From: an uncultured delta proteobacterium
GTDB lineage: Bacteria; Desulfobacterota; Binatia; UBA9968
Assembly: GCA_963771465.1 (NCBI GenBank)
Contig: CAVYTU010000008.1
Coordinates: 224,001 to 288,000 of the forward strand
Reading direction: 5' to 3'
Length of the DNA stretch: 64,000 bases
This document shows, piece after piece, positions 26,008 through 36,561 of this stretch. The notes under the pieces were generated by a model. That model searched no databases. It worked only from the letters and a program-made list of their open reading frames with translations, and had not been told where the DNA came from. Both the position numbers and the translations under genes were made by a program. Position 1 is the stretch's first letter. Each line of letters starts with the position of its first letter.

Positions 26008-27249
26008 TTAAACAGCGGGGTCGCCGCCCATCCGATAATCGCGTACGTGGGGAAAGCGCGCAACGAGAACAGCGACGATTAAGAGAATGATCAGCGCGCC
26101 GGTCATCACCGAAAGCTCCGCGCCGATCACGGCGGCGAGCGCGCCGGCTTGGAATTGGCCGAGCTGCGGGCCGCTGTTGGTAAAAATACTATTGATTGAC
26201 GACATGCGCCCGCGCAATTCATCGGGAGTGCTGAGCTGATTGATGGTCGCGCGCAGAATTGCGCTGATGGTGTCGCCAATGCCGACGCCGACGAGCATGA
26301 TGATCGACAGCCAAAAGAAGTGCGAGTGGGCGAAGCCGAGAAGGCAGATGCCGTAGATGGTCACGCCGAACAATATCCATCTTCCGGCTTGGCGCACCGG
26401 TCCCCATGTACTGAAACCAAACGCGCCGAGCAAAGATCCGGCGGCGCTGGCGGCATAGAGAATTCCTAAACCGCCGGGTCCGACGGCGAGAATATCGCGC
26501 GCATAGATCGGATAAAGCGATCGGATCGTGCCGAACAAGTTCGCGCCCAAGTCCATCATCAAGAACGGAAAGATCACGGCGTGATGCCAAACGAAACGAA
26601 ACCCGGCGCTCAGTGAACCTACTGAGATCGTACGCCAGCCGCCGTGCTCCGGCAATTGGACGCGAATGAGTGCCAGTGCCGCGAGCATGATCAGCCAGGA
26701 GAGCGCATCGATGGCATAACAAATACTCGGCCCTGCAAAGGCCAGGACGATGCCGGCAATGGACGGCCCGGCGATCGTCGCGATCTGGCGCTGGGTGCTC
26801 GAGATCGCCATGGCGCGCGACAAATCTTCCGCCGGCACGAGGTTGGTCACGATGGCGTGACGCGACGGCGCTTCCAGAGAGCTAAAAAAGGCCAAGAACA
26901 CGGTGATGACATAGAGCTTCCAAGGCGTCATCTGCCCGGTCAAAGTCAAAAGCGCGCACGCGCCGGACACGAAAAACAAACTCCCCTGGGTGATCATCAT
27001 CAGTTTGCGCCGGTTGATCGCGTCGGCGAGCAAACCGCCGAACAATAGAATCACCATCTGCGGCACCGCGCGCACCAAGCCGATCATACCGATCTGAAAC
27101 GGCGAGTTGGTCAACTCGTAAATCTGCCACGCCATCGCCACGGTGGTGAACTGGCTACCGACGCTGGAGAGCAACAGGCCTATCCAAAAAAGCCGGAAGT
27201 CCCGATGGCGCAGCGGTGAGAAAAGTTTTTTGCTACGCCGAGATGTCAT
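26008..27249 (-). CDS. MFS transporter (EntS/macrolide-efflux-like)
   Basis: LRHRDFRLFW, GGLLADAINRR, PDELRGR; about 12 hydrophobic segments. Confidence 0.92.
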   Translation of the reverse strand: MTSRRSKKLFSPLRHRDFRLFWIGLLLSSVGSQFTTVAMAWQIYELTNSPFQIGMIGLVRAVPQMVILLFGGLLADAINRRKLMMITQGSLFFVSGACALLTLTGQMTPWKLYVITVFLAFFSSLEAPSRHAIVTNLVPAEDLSRAMAISSTQRQIATIAGPSIAGIVLAFAGPSICYAIDALSWLIMLAALALIRVQLPEHGGWRTISVGSLSAGFRFVWHHAVIFPFLMMDLGANLFGTIRSLYPIYARDILAVGPGGLGILYAASAAGSLLGAFGFSTWGPVRQAGRWILFGVTIYGICLLGFAHSHFFWLSIIMLVGVGIGDTISAILRATINQLSTPDELRGRMSSINSIFTNSGPQLGQFQAGALAAVIGAELSVMTGALIILLIVAVLVARFPHVRDYRMGGDPAV

Positions 27250-27342
27250 TTCGCTTACACACGTAATGAAATCGCAAGGACAACCCCTCGGGGTTGCTCC
27301 TACCCAGCCGAAGTTTTTGCGCCCTTTGCGGCTAAATCCCGC

Positions 27343-28164
27343 TTACTTCTGGCACGTGGGGCAATAAAATGCGCTGCGATTGCCGATAGCGACGCGCTTG
27401 ATCAGGCTCGGACAGACGCGGCATTTTTCTCCGTCGCGGTCGTAAACTCGCAAGTGATTTTGAAACTCGCCCGACTTGTTGTCAGCATCGCGGTAATCCG
27501 AAAACGACGTGCCGCACCAGCGGATCGCGTCCTCAAGCAAGCGCGGGATCGCGCCGGCGATCATCTGAACTTGTCCGCGCGTCAAGCGGCGCGCGCGAGT
27601 CGTCGGCTTGATCCCCGTAATGGCGAGAATCTCGTTGGCGTAAATATTGCCAAGGCCGGCGACAATCTGTTGGTCCAATAGCAGGTCGCGAATGCGCCGC
27701 TCCGAGCGGCGCGTGAAACCAAAGAGCAGCGCGCCGGTCAAGTCAGCGTCGAACGGATCGATGCCCAGCGAACTCAATTGCGGCAACGCAGACAGCGACT
27801 CGCGCTCTGTCACCAGCGCCAAACCGAAACGGCGCGGATCGTGGTAGCGTAGCTCCGTGCCGTCGTCGATGTCGACGACGATATGATCATGTTTACGCCG
27901 CGCCGTGTGCGGCCCGACACAAATCAATTTGCCCGACATGCCGAGATGAAACAGCCAAACGAGATCACCCGACAGCTGTAGCAAAATATATTTTGCGCGC
28001 CGCTCGATCGCTTCGATACGCCGGCCGACTAAGGATTGAAACGACCGCGCATCGACCGGTACGCGCAGCCGTGGTTCGAGCACTTGTACGCGCGCGATGG
28101 TTCGGTTCAACAAATGCGGCCGTAAACTACGGCAGACGGTTTCGACTTCGGGAAGCTCGGGCAT
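27343..28164 (-). CDS. mutM: Formamidopyrimidine-DNA glycosylase
   Basis: MPELPEVE N-terminus, HLGMSG, DPRRFG, GLGNIYANE, C-terminal zinc finger. Confidence 0.97.
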   Translation of the reverse strand: MPELPEVETVCRSLRPHLLNRTIARVQVLEPRLRVPVDARSFQSLVGRRIEAIERRAKYILLQLSGDLVWLFHLGMSGKLICVGPHTARRKHDHIVVDIDDGTELRYHDPRRFGLALVTERESLSALPQLSSLGIDPFDADLTGALLFGFTRRSERRIRDLLLDQQIVAGLGNIYANEILAITGIKPTTRARRLTRGQVQMIAGAIPRLLEDAIRWCGTSFSDYRDADNKSGEFQNHLRVYDRDGEKCRVCPSLIKRVAIGNRSAFYCPTCQK

Positions 28165-28174
28165 GTCAATCCAT

Positions 28175-29044
28175 TTACAGAGGTCGGCAGTTAGCCGTCT
28201 GGAGATCGCTACGCCCGATGGCGCCGGCAAGTTGGATCAATTCGCCGACGCTGAGCGTCTCGCCGCGGCGTTTGGGATCGATGCTCTGCGCTAGCAAAAA
28301 GCGATCGAGCTCCGTTCGTTCGCATTTGAGCCAGGAGGTCATCGTGTTGCTCAAAGTTTTGCGCCGCTGGCCAAAGGCCGCGCGCACCAAGTCACGGAGA
28401 TTCGCCAACTCGCCGTCGCCGACCAACGGCTCGGTAAACAACTCGATCTTCAACACCGTCGAGCGCACTTTGGGCCGCGGAAAAAACGCCTCCGGGGACA
28501 CGTTGACTTTATCCGTGATACGGCCATGCACTTGGCACCACACCGATAGCGTGCCGTAATCTTTAGTCCCCGGTCCGCTGGCGATGCGGTCGGCGACTTC
28601 TTTCTGGACCATCAAAACCAAGGTCGAGAAATGCGCGCGCCATTCGAAAATACGAAACAAGACCGGCGTCGCGATGCTGTAGGGCAGGTTGCCGACGAGT
28701 TTAAGCTTTGCCTTGGGCAGTATTGGCGCCAGTGAAAGTTCCAGGATGTCGCCGTGGATGAGCTGAAACTTTGGATCAGCGGCGAATTCACTGCGGCGTA
28801 ATCTATCGACGAGTGCATCATCAATTTCCACGGCCCAGACTTTGCCCGCGCGCTCGATCAAGCGGCGCGTGAGAAAGCCCAAGCCCGGACCGATTTCAAA
28901 AACTTGATCGGTGCCATCGAGATCCAGTAGCCGAATGATCGATCCGATGACGTTTTCATGAATCAGAAAATTTTGCCCGCGCCTTTTCTTCGGGTGAAAA
29001 TTCGCTTCGCGCAGCAACGCCCGCACTTCTTCGTAAAGAGTCAC
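28175..29044 (-). CDS. rsmA: 16S rRNA m6,2A dimethyltransferase
   Basis: GQNFL, EIGPGLG, NLPY, QKEVADR, AFGQRRKTL; AAGGAG precedes GTG 29044. Confidence 0.96.
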   Translation of the reverse strand: MTLYEEVRALLREANFHPKKRRGQNFLIHENVIGSIIRLLDLDGTDQVFEIGPGLGFLTRRLIERAGKVWAVEIDDALVDRLRRSEFAADPKFQLIHGDILELSLAPILPKAKLKLVGNLPYSIATPVLFRIFEWRAHFSTLVLMVQKEVADRIASGPGTKDYGTLSVWCQVHGRITDKVNVSPEAFFPRPKVRSTVLKIELFTEPLVGDGELANLRDLVRAAFGQRRKTLSNTMTSWLKCERTELDRFLLAQSIDPKRRGETLSVGELIQLAGAIGRSDLQTANCRPL

Positions 29045-29086
29045 GAAACTCCTTGAACCTTGTACGATCAAAACTTTAGAATCGAA

Positions 29087-30085
29087 CTAAAGCGTTAGGT
29101 CCGCATCGGCATTGAGACCTAAGTCATCGCGGCGGCCGCGCTTTAGCCAATGATAGCCGGTAAGCGCGATCATCGCCGCGTTGTCGGTGCAAAACTTGGG
29201 CGCTGGGCAAAACACTTGCAACCCTTCGGCCTCGGCTTTTTCTTTCATCTTTACGCGCAAGCGGCTGTTGGCCGCTACGCCGCCGGACAACACGATGCGG
29301 CCGAGGGAATTCGCCGCCGCCGCTTTGACTGTTGGATTGACCAGCATGTCGACCACCGCTTCTTGAAAGCTCGCGGCAATATCGGCTTGGCGCTCTTTCC
29401 AGCACGCCTCACCCTGATTTCTTAAATAATGCCACACCGCCGTCTTGATGCCGCTGAAACTAAATTCATAGGCGGAATCCTTTAGCTTCGCGCGCGGAAA
29501 ACGAATCGCCTTGGAATCGCCGCTCTTGGCCAGATTGTCGATGGCCCGCCCGCCGGGATAGCCGAGCCCGAGCAACTTCGCCACCTTGTCATAAGCTTCG
29601 CCGGCCGCGTCATCGCGTGTGCCGCCGAGAAAAAGATATTCGCCGACGCCGCGCACCGTGTAAAGCAATGTATGCCCCCCCGAGGCGAGCAGCGCAACGT
29701 AAGGAAACGCGACTTCATGTTCAAGATGAATCGCCAGCAGATGCGCTTCCAAATGATTGACGCCGACGTAGGGAATCCCGGTGCGAAACGACAGCCCCTT
29801 TACAAACGACAGGCCGACGAGGAGAGATCCGACAAGGCCGGGGCCGTAGGTCACCGCTATACCGTCGATATCCGACAACGACACGCCGGCGTTTTTAAGC
29901 GCGCCATCGACGATCGGCAACACGGATTGAATATGCTGACGCGATGCCAGCTCAGGGACCACGCCGCCGTACGGACCGTGCACTTGATCCTGCGACGAGA
30001 CGACGTTGGACAGAATTGTCTTGCCGTCTTTGAGCACAGCGGCGGCGGTGTCGTCGCAAGAACTTTCCACACCAAGAATTAACAT
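29087..30085 (-). CDS. tsaD: tRNA N6-adenosine threonylcarbamoyltransferase
   Basis: LGVESSCDD, GGVVPELASR, NHLEAH, SGGH, DDAAGEAYDK, TDNAAMI. Confidence 0.97.
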   Translation of the reverse strand: MLILGVESSCDDTAAAVLKDGKTILSNVVSSQDQVHGPYGGVVPELASRQHIQSVLPIVDGALKNAGVSLSDIDGIAVTYGPGLVGSLLVGLSFVKGLSFRTGIPYVGVNHLEAHLLAIHLEHEVAFPYVALLASGGHTLLYTVRGVGEYLFLGGTRDDAAGEAYDKVAKLLGLGYPGGRAIDNLAKSGDSKAIRFPRAKLKDSAYEFSFSGIKTAVWHYLRNQGEACWKERQADIAASFQEAVVDMLVNPTVKAAAANSLGRIVLSGGVAANSRLRVKMKEKAEAEGLQVFCPAPKFCTDNAAMIALTGYHWLKRGRRDDLGLNADADLTL

Positions 30086-30098
30086 TACGAAGGGAAAC

Positions 30099-30881
30099 TC
30101 ACTTCGCGGCAGGCGAAGCGGATTGCGATTCGGCTGAGGTGCGCGCCAGTGCATCGCCGGCTGTGCGATTGCCAGAATTGAGACGCACGGCTTGATTGTA
30201 GCTCGCCTCTGCTTTCTGCGATTGACCTTGGGCGCGCAAATTCTCACCGCGCAGGGCATAAATCTCAGATAGCCAAAACGGCTCGCCGCTCAGTCGTGAT
30301 TCGGCGATATCGAGAAAATTAAGCGATTCGCGGAAACGCCCCAGGCGATACTGCGCTTTGGCGAGATAGAAATAGCCGTAGGGATTGGTCGAATCAATGA
30401 CAATAGTTTTTTCCAGACGAGTCAACGCTTTGGCGGGGTCACCCGCGTCAAGAATTTTTCTACCTTCGTCGGTCAGCCGCAGTGAAGCCGCGCGCTGCGG
30501 CAAGGTGCCCGGGGTGATTTTGGCCAGCAACGAACTATCGTCGGCGAGCGGCGGCGGCAACGCGGGCATCGACTCCGGCGAGGTGCGAGACTCGGGCACG
30601 CTCGCTTGTCGCGTTGGCTCCTTCGCCGGCGGTGTTTTGGCGCGAATATCTTGCTCGCGGATTTGGCTATCCTGGGATAAGCCTTTACGAGCCGGTTCTA
30701 TCGCGGCGGGCGCGGGCGGCGGCAATGGCACCGGATCAGGCGTCGCTCTTGGGACAGGAGGCGGACTGCTGCTAGGCGGCACGGGGATGCGATAGATTCG
30801 TTGCGGCGCGCAGCCAGCGAGAGTGCTTAACAGCATAGCGCCGGTGATAATCGCTCGATTTAAGATCGACTGGATGATCAT
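30099..30881 (-). CDS. TPR lipoprotein with Pro-rich linker (LpoP-like)
   Basis: Lipobox LAGC, long Pro-rich spacer, C-terminal TPRs; 14 nt downstream of the PBP1B gene. Confidence 0.8.
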   Translation of the reverse strand: MIIQSILNRAIITGAMLLSTLAGCAPQRIYRIPVPPSSSPPPVPRATPDPVPLPPPAPAAIEPARKGLSQDSQIREQDIRAKTPPAKEPTRQASVPESRTSPESMPALPPPLADDSSLLAKITPGTLPQRAASLRLTDEGRKILDAGDPAKALTRLEKTIVIDSTNPYGYFYLAKAQYRLGRFRESLNFLDIAESRLSGEPFWLSEIYALRGENLRAQGQSQKAEASYNQAVRLNSGNRTAGDALARTSAESQSASPAAK

Positions 30882-30895
30882 TTAAATTTATTGCT

Positions 30896-33187
30896 TCACA
30901 GCGCGTCAGCAGGCGCTTTTATCGGTGTCGTCACCGGCGCACAGGGCTCGCCGGGGGGTTCGCCCTCGCGTGTCGCCGAACCGCATTTAGTGATCGGGGC
31001 TTCGTCCGTCTCCAGCTTCATCGGCGGTCCAACGAAATCCGTTACCGGCATGCTCGCGGTGGCCTTCTTCATGAACTCCGTCCAAATGGGTAGCGCCGCT
31101 TCCGCGCCGGACAAACCGATCTTGCGCGGCCCGTCAAAACCAACCCAGACCACGGCCAGGAGATCCGGCGTATAACCGACAAACCAAGCGTCTTTGTAAT
31201 CGTTGGTCGTGCCGGTCTTGCCGGCGGCTGGCCGCGTAAAACCCCAGCGCCGCGCCATCGCTCCCGTGCCGCGGTCGAGCACGCCTTTGAGCAGCATATT
31301 CATCGCGTAAGCCAACTCGGGACTGATCACGGGTTCAGGTTTGACGTCGCGTCGTTCGAGTACTTTAGTGTTCTGATCCATCACTTGTTTCACCGCCAAC
31401 GGGCGAGTGCGCGCGCCGCCGTTGGCGAGTGTCGAGAACGCCACGGCGACCTCCAGTGGCGTAACTTCCACCGCGCCTAACGCCAACGCCGGCACCGCGG
31501 GCAAAGAGCTCTGAATGCCCAATCGATGCGCGACCTCGCGCACGCGCCGGATGCCGACGTCCTGCGCCACCCGCGCGGTGGCGGAATTGAGCGAGCTTTC
31601 CAAAGCCCGCCGCAGGGTCACTGCGCCGAAGTATTCATTGTTATAATTATGCGGCTGCCACTCTTGCCGATCATACGCCCAGGTGAACTGGCTATCGTTG
31701 ATCACCGTATCCGCGGAATATCTTGTGCCGCTTTGCCCGCCGTGCATCAACGCCGCCAGGTAAACGAATGGCTTGAAGACCGACCCCGGCTGGCGTTTGG
31801 CTTGAAACACGCGGTTGAACTGCGACTTGCCATAATTTCGCCCGCCGACCATAGCCTTGATTTCACCGGTCTGTGGCCGCATGACCACGATCGCGCCTTC
31901 TAAGCCGTCCTCCTCGGCTTTGCGTTTAAGCGCCGGATGGGCGGCTTCTAGCTTGTTCAATCCCTCGACCAACGCCCGCTCCGCCATTCGTTGAAGCTGC
32001 AAGTCGAGACTGCTGAAAATCCGCAGCCCTTCTTTATTAAGCACGGCGGTGGAATAGTTTTCATCGAGCTCGCGGCGCAGATAATCGACGTAAAACGGCC
32101 CTTCGTTAGTGACCTTCACTAACATGCGTTGCGGCAGTTTTTCTTTCAACGCGGCGTCGTACTGCTTGCGGGTAATAATTTTGTCGTCGAGCAACTTGGC
32201 GAGCACGACGTTGCGCCGTTTGGTCGCACCTTCGGTGCTTTTGTAGGGCGACAAACGGTTCGGCGCGCGGATTAGGCCGGCCAGGAGGGCGGTCTCGCCG
32301 ACGGTGATATCGCTGAGCGGTTTGGAAAAATAGAATTGCGCCCCCTCCCACACGCCAAAAACTCCCTGTGAGCCTCTTTGACCCAGGTAAATTTCGTTGA
32401 GGTAGTTCTCCAAAATCGTTTGTTTAGGATATTTCCGCTCGGCGATCAGCGCCATCGCCGCTTCGGGAATCTTGCGGCTCAACGTTCGTTCGTCGGTGAG
32501 GAAAAAATTCTTCATCAACTGCTGGGTCAAGGTGCTGCCGCCCTGCTGAAAGCTAAAGCTCCACAGGTTCACCCACATGGCACGCAGAATGCCGATCGGG
32601 TCGATGCCGAAGTGTTGGTAAAATCGCTCGTCTTCGACGGCCAGAATGGCCTTGACTACGAGCGGCGGCACGTCGGCCAATTTTACCACCCGGCGCTCTT
32701 GCCAGATGCGTTCATAGAGGCCGGTGATCAATTCGGGCTCAAGTTCGAGGGAAAACAGCTCTTTGCCTTCCGCAAGGTTCTCGATTTTGGCGATCGCGTT
32801 GCCCTGCAAGGAAATGCGCACCGGCATGCCTTGAAATTTTTCCGTGGGTGAATCGAAGTCATGCAGGAAGATTTCGATGACGCCGGCTTTCGCCGCGATG
32901 CGATACTCGCCCTTCATCTTGACCGCGACTTGCGTTTCGAAATAGCCGAGCCGATGAAGTTTTTCGGTGAGATCTTGGGCGCGAACGGTGGCGCCGATGT
33001 AGAGGAAGTAACTGTCAGAATAGATTTTCGACGGAAAAACCCATTTTCGACCTTCAAATTTCTCGCTCACTTTGTCCTCGAGCTGCTTTAAATACCAGGC
33101 ACCGAAGACGAGACCGGTAGAGGTAACGACGAGAAGCGCAACCAGTGAGATACTGAAAATTCGAAGTCTGGACTTAATCAATCCCAA
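30896..33187 (-). CDS. mrcB: Class A penicillin-binding protein 1B
   Basis: TM anchor and UB2H-like insert; glycosyltransferase motifs EDERF and QGGSTLTQQL; transpeptidase motifs SVFK, SLN, KTG. Confidence 0.92.
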   Translation of the reverse strand: MGLIKSRLRIFSISLVALLVVTSTGLVFGAWYLKQLEDKVSEKFEGRKWVFPSKIYSDSYFLYIGATVRAQDLTEKLHRLGYFETQVAVKMKGEYRIAAKAGVIEIFLHDFDSPTEKFQGMPVRISLQGNAIAKIENLAEGKELFSLELEPELITGLYERIWQERRVVKLADVPPLVVKAILAVEDERFYQHFGIDPIGILRAMWVNLWSFSFQQGGSTLTQQLMKNFFLTDERTLSRKIPEAAMALIAERKYPKQTILENYLNEIYLGQRGSQGVFGVWEGAQFYFSKPLSDITVGETALLAGLIRAPNRLSPYKSTEGATKRRNVVLAKLLDDKIITRKQYDAALKEKLPQRMLVKVTNEGPFYVDYLRRELDENYSTAVLNKEGLRIFSSLDLQLQRMAERALVEGLNKLEAAHPALKRKAEEDGLEGAIVVMRPQTGEIKAMVGGRNYGKSQFNRVFQAKRQPGSVFKPFVYLAALMHGGQSGTRYSADTVINDSQFTWAYDRQEWQPHNYNNEYFGAVTLRRALESSLNSATARVAQDVGIRRVREVAHRLGIQSSLPAVPALALGAVEVTPLEVAVAFSTLANGGARTRPLAVKQVMDQNTKVLERRDVKPEPVISPELAYAMNMLLKGVLDRGTGAMARRWGFTRPAAGKTGTTNDYKDAWFVGYTPDLLAVVWVGFDGPRKIGLSGAEAALPIWTEFMKKATASMPVTDFVGPPMKLETDEAPITKCGSATREGEPPGEPCAPVTTPIKAPADAL

Positions 33188-33302
33188 CGCCTCAAATGAA
33201 ATACAATCTTCGCGCAGAACCTCGGCAAAAGCAACAAAACGAGGACGAAAGGGTTACCTTTCGTGCCTCGCTTTGCCGTAGCTGTCTCGAATCAAGGGTT
33301 AA

Positions 33303-34808
33303 CTATTTTTGCGGTTTTAGCGCCAAGAACAAAGTGCTTTCGCCGCGACGCACGAGGAATAACACACCGCGCCCCTTGCGCGCCGCCGCGACCGCCTTTT
33401 TATAATCGTCGAGACTCTTGATTGCCTTACGGTCGACTTCCATGATGAGGTCGCCACGACGTATCCCCGCCTCTTCCGCCACGCCGCCTGGTTCCACCCC
33501 GGTGACGACAACTCCGTCGGCCTTTTCCAAACCCAAATTTTCCGCCATCTGGGGGGTGAGCCGCTGGACGGTCATTCCTAACTCGCCTTTTTCCGGCACC
33601 GAGGCGACGATTTCTTCCTCCTTGAGCTCGCCGACGGCGACGTTCAAGGAGATTTCTTTGCGGTCGCGCAGTAGTTTCATCCTGACCTTCTTGTCAACCT
33701 GCGTGCGCGCTACGATGTTCGGCAGATCGCCCGAATCTTTGACCGGGCTGCCATCGAACTCGATGATCACGTCGCCAACTTTTACTCCGGCTTTGTCGGC
33801 GGGACCGTCTTTGGACACGTTAGCGACCAAGGCGCCATGTCCTCTTTCCATGCCGAGGCTTTCAGCGATCTCAGGCGTCACCTTTTGAATCAACACGCCA
33901 AGAAAACCGCGGGTGACTTTTCCTTTCCCCCGCAGTTGCGGCAGCAGCTCTTTGACCAGATTGATCGGGATCGCGAAGCCGATGCCGATATTGCCGCCGG
34001 TGCGGCTAAAGATCGCCGTGTTGATACCGATCACTTCACCGCGCAAATTGATTAGCGGTCCGCCGGAGTTGCCCGGATTGATCGACGCATCGGTTTGAAT
34101 GAAATTATCATACGGTCCCTGGGTGATATTATGGCGTCCTTTGGCGCTGACAATGCCCGAAGTGACGGAGCCGTCCAGGCCGAACGGATTGCCGATCGCC
34201 ATCACCCATTCGCCGACCTCGAGACGATCTGAGTCGCCAAAATTCGCGGCGGCAAGGCCCGTCTTTACATTGATTTTGATCACGGCAATATCGGTTTTTG
34301 GATCGCGGCCGACAACTTTGGCTTCGTAATCTTGCTCATCTCCCGAAAGCTTGACGACGATCTTGGTGGCGTTTTCCACGACATGATTGTTGGTTAGAAT
34401 CGAACCGTCGCCGTCGATGATAAAGCCTGATCCGAGACTTCTTTGGCGCTGGGGCCCGCGCGGCGCCGGTCCGCCAAAGAATCGTTTCCAAAAATCGTTG
34501 AACGGATCATCCTCGCCGCCACCAAAAGGGCTGCTGAATTCCTGGGAGCCGCGCCCCTCGCTGACTTGGGTCGTGGAAATGTTTACGACGATCGGTTTTA
34601 GTTTCTTCGCCAGATTGACAAAATCGGGCAACCCGCCCGTAAGCCGGGAGTCACCAACGCCGGCGTCGCCCATGAGATTTACAGCCCGACTCGGCGAGAG
34701 CCAGTCCAAACTGCCGCTGATGCCGAGGCCGATCACGAGAGAAACCAGGGCAACGATGGCAACCCCTTTCAAACTCACGTTACCGCTCCACTTCTTGAAC
34801 TCATCCAT
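33303..34808 (-). CDS. DegP/DegQ (Do family) serine protease with two PDZ domains
   Basis: GSGFII, TNNHVV, DIAVIK, INPGNSGG. Confidence 0.96.
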   Translation of the reverse strand: MDEFKKWSGNVSLKGVAIVALVSLVIGLGISGSLDWLSPSRAVNLMGDAGVGDSRLTGGLPDFVNLAKKLKPIVVNISTTQVSEGRGSQEFSSPFGGGEDDPFNDFWKRFFGGPAPRGPQRQRSLGSGFIIDGDGSILTNNHVVENATKIVVKLSGDEQDYEAKVVGRDPKTDIAVIKINVKTGLAAANFGDSDRLEVGEWVMAIGNPFGLDGSVTSGIVSAKGRHNITQGPYDNFIQTDASINPGNSGGPLINLRGEVIGINTAIFSRTGGNIGIGFAIPINLVKELLPQLRGKGKVTRGFLGVLIQKVTPEIAESLGMERGHGALVANVSKDGPADKAGVKVGDVIIEFDGSPVKDSGDLPNIVARTQVDKKVRMKLLRDRKEISLNVAVGELKEEEIVASVPEKGELGMTVQRLTPQMAENLGLEKADGVVVTGVEPGGVAEEAGIRRGDLIMEVDRKAIKSLDDYKKAVAAARKGRGVLFLVRRGESTLFLALKPQK

Positions 34809-34818
34809 CCCAAGGCTC

Positions 34819-35250
34819 CTATCGTTTCTTGACGGCTTCGACGTATTTCATGCGCAGATCGAACAGAATATCTTGCATCAAACGGTCTTCGTTAGCATTC
34901 AAATTGCTGCGCGTCTTTTCGCGCAACATGGCAAGCAGATCGATCATCTGCTTGGCCGCCGGCACGTCAGATTCGACCTTTCCGCTGAGTGGGCTGGGAA
35001 CCTCGCCAAGATGCATCAAGACTTGCGTGCTTAGACTGATCACAAAAGTAGAAAAGTTGATTTCCGGCAACGCCTCGGACGAGGCTTCAGGAGTGTGGCT
35101 GTCCTGAGCTTCACTCGGCGCCGAAGCCGGCGCCGTTTCTGTCGGTGTCTCAGACGACTCCGGCCGTGCTTCGCCCGTTTCCGGTGAAAAACGGCGGCGG
35201 TCCTGAACGGTGAACCCTTTGCCTTCGGTTTTCCCTTCTTCGTTAGCCAT
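34819..35250 (-). CDS. DUF1844 family protein
   Basis: FSTFVISLSTQ..HLG..P..AKQMIDLLAMLREKTRSNL...LRMKYV pattern; GGAG before ATG 35250. Confidence 0.85.
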   Translation of the reverse strand: MANEEGKTEGKGFTVQDRRRFSPETGEARPESSETPTETAPASAPSEAQDSHTPEASSEALPEINFSTFVISLSTQVLMHLGEVPSPLSGKVESDVPAAKQMIDLLAMLREKTRSNLNANEDRLMQDILFDLRMKYVEAVKKR

Positions 35251-35435
35251 TGCCAATCTCCGCTATCGACCGGAAATAAATCAAGCCGCCGCACGCTTCC
35301 CAACCACAGCGACGATCTGGATTTCCTATGCAATTCATTTAATTATTAGTCGAGCCACGTACGAGATTTGTATGCGTAAGCAGCGGCGTTGAACAGCCCT
35401 TTTGGCGCAAAATACGCTGGAGAATCGTGCCTTAA

Positions 35436-35464
35436 ACTCTAATCCCTGACCTTTACCTTGTCAA
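35436..35464 (-). promoter_or_regulatory. Sigma-70 promoter for DUF1844-degP, embedded in the 3' end of the GT9 gene
   Basis: TTGACA-17 nt-TAGAGT on the minus strand. Confidence 0.65.
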
Positions 35465-36473
35465 GGTAGCGACGCTCTCGGTCGGTCATCCATTGCGCGA
35501 TGATTGCAATTAACTTTTCAGGATCGAGACCGGTTAAGCAAGCGTGGTGTGGACAACTCGTCATCGTCACGTGCGAACAGGGCGAACAATCGATAGCGCG
35601 TCTGACAACGGCCACTTGTCTACCCCGCGGCGCCCACTGGTGCGGATCGCTCGGGCCGAACAATGCAATCGTCGGCACGCCGAGCACCGCGGCCAAGTGT
35701 GTGATGCCGCTATCGTTGCCCAGATAGATATCACCGGCGGCGAGCAAGGCGGCGGCCTGGGATAAATTTAAGCCGCTAGCAACCAGACCATGCCGACGGA
35801 GCTCGTCCACGCCGCCTCTTTCCTGCTCGACAGGACCCAGAAGTAAGATCATCACTCCACCCATACGCAAACGCCACCACTGGGCTACCGTAACGAAAAA
35901 CTGCTCCGGCCAATTTTTCGCGCGCGCGCCGCTGCCCGGCGCGACAACCAAAATTCGCCGCTGGGTTAGCGAATGTTTCGTCCAGAAATCCTGCTGCCAC
36001 AGGATCGCTTCCGCGCGAGTTGTGATCATCGGTTCACGGTCGCCAGCCGGCGGCGCAGCGATACAGCGCCGGTAATGATCGGCTTGATGCATGATCTCGC
36101 CAAGCGGACGAAATGGAAAAATCCTGGCTCGATCGTCGGTCGCGGCTTGCAGCTGCGTGACAAACTCCGGTTGCTGACTCCCCATCCACGAATAGACAGC
36201 GGCATAATCCCGGAAATAATTTTTTTGCGCGGCATCGAGTCCGCTGCCCGGGACAAACAGACGGCCGATCTCCGGACTCTCAATGGACCGAACCGTTACA
36301 CCGCAGGGTGCGATCTCGGCGAATGCGCGATGACAATAAAGAACAACTTGAGCGCTTTTCGTGAGCGCTTGCAGTGTCGGTAGGAAGCAAACGAAGTCGC
36401 CAAGCGCGCCGGGAAAAATCACACACACTTTGGAGCAATCCGTTTGGGCAACGGTCCGATCGAGCGATTTCAT
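35439..36473 (-). CDS. Glycosyltransferase family 9 (LPS heptosyltransferase-like)
   Basis: PGALGDFV, APGSG..KNWP, GNDSGITHLAA, LFGPSDP..WAP. The track's 5' extension to 36713 overlaps cysK and is unlikely. Confidence 0.9.
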   Translation of the reverse strand: MKSLDRTVAQTDCSKVCVIFPGALGDFVCFLPTLQALTKSAQVVLYCHRAFAEIAPCGVTVRSIESPEIGRLFVPGSGLDAAQKNYFRDYAAVYSWMGSQQPEFVTQLQAATDDRARIFPFRPLGEIMHQADHYRRCIAAPPAGDREPMITTRAEAILWQQDFWTKHSLTQRRILVVAPGSGARAKNWPEQFFVTVAQWWRLRMGGVMILLLGPVEQERGGVDELRRHGLVASGLNLSQAAALLAAGDIYLGNDSGITHLAAVLGVPTIALFGPSDPHQWAPRGRQVAVVRRAIDCSPCSHVTMTSCPHHACLTGLDPEKLIAIIAQWMTDRERRYLDKVKVRD

Positions 36474-36501
36474 TGACAATACCAGAGCGAAACTATAGCA
36501 T
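36473..36501 (+). promoter_or_regulatory. Sigma-70 promoter for cysK-larE
   Basis: TTGACA-17 nt-TAGCAT. Confidence 0.6.
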
Positions 36502-36561
36502 TTGGCAAACGTCAATTCGAATTTCATACCTACCAAGAAAGTCGAGAATCTTGTGGCTAGC

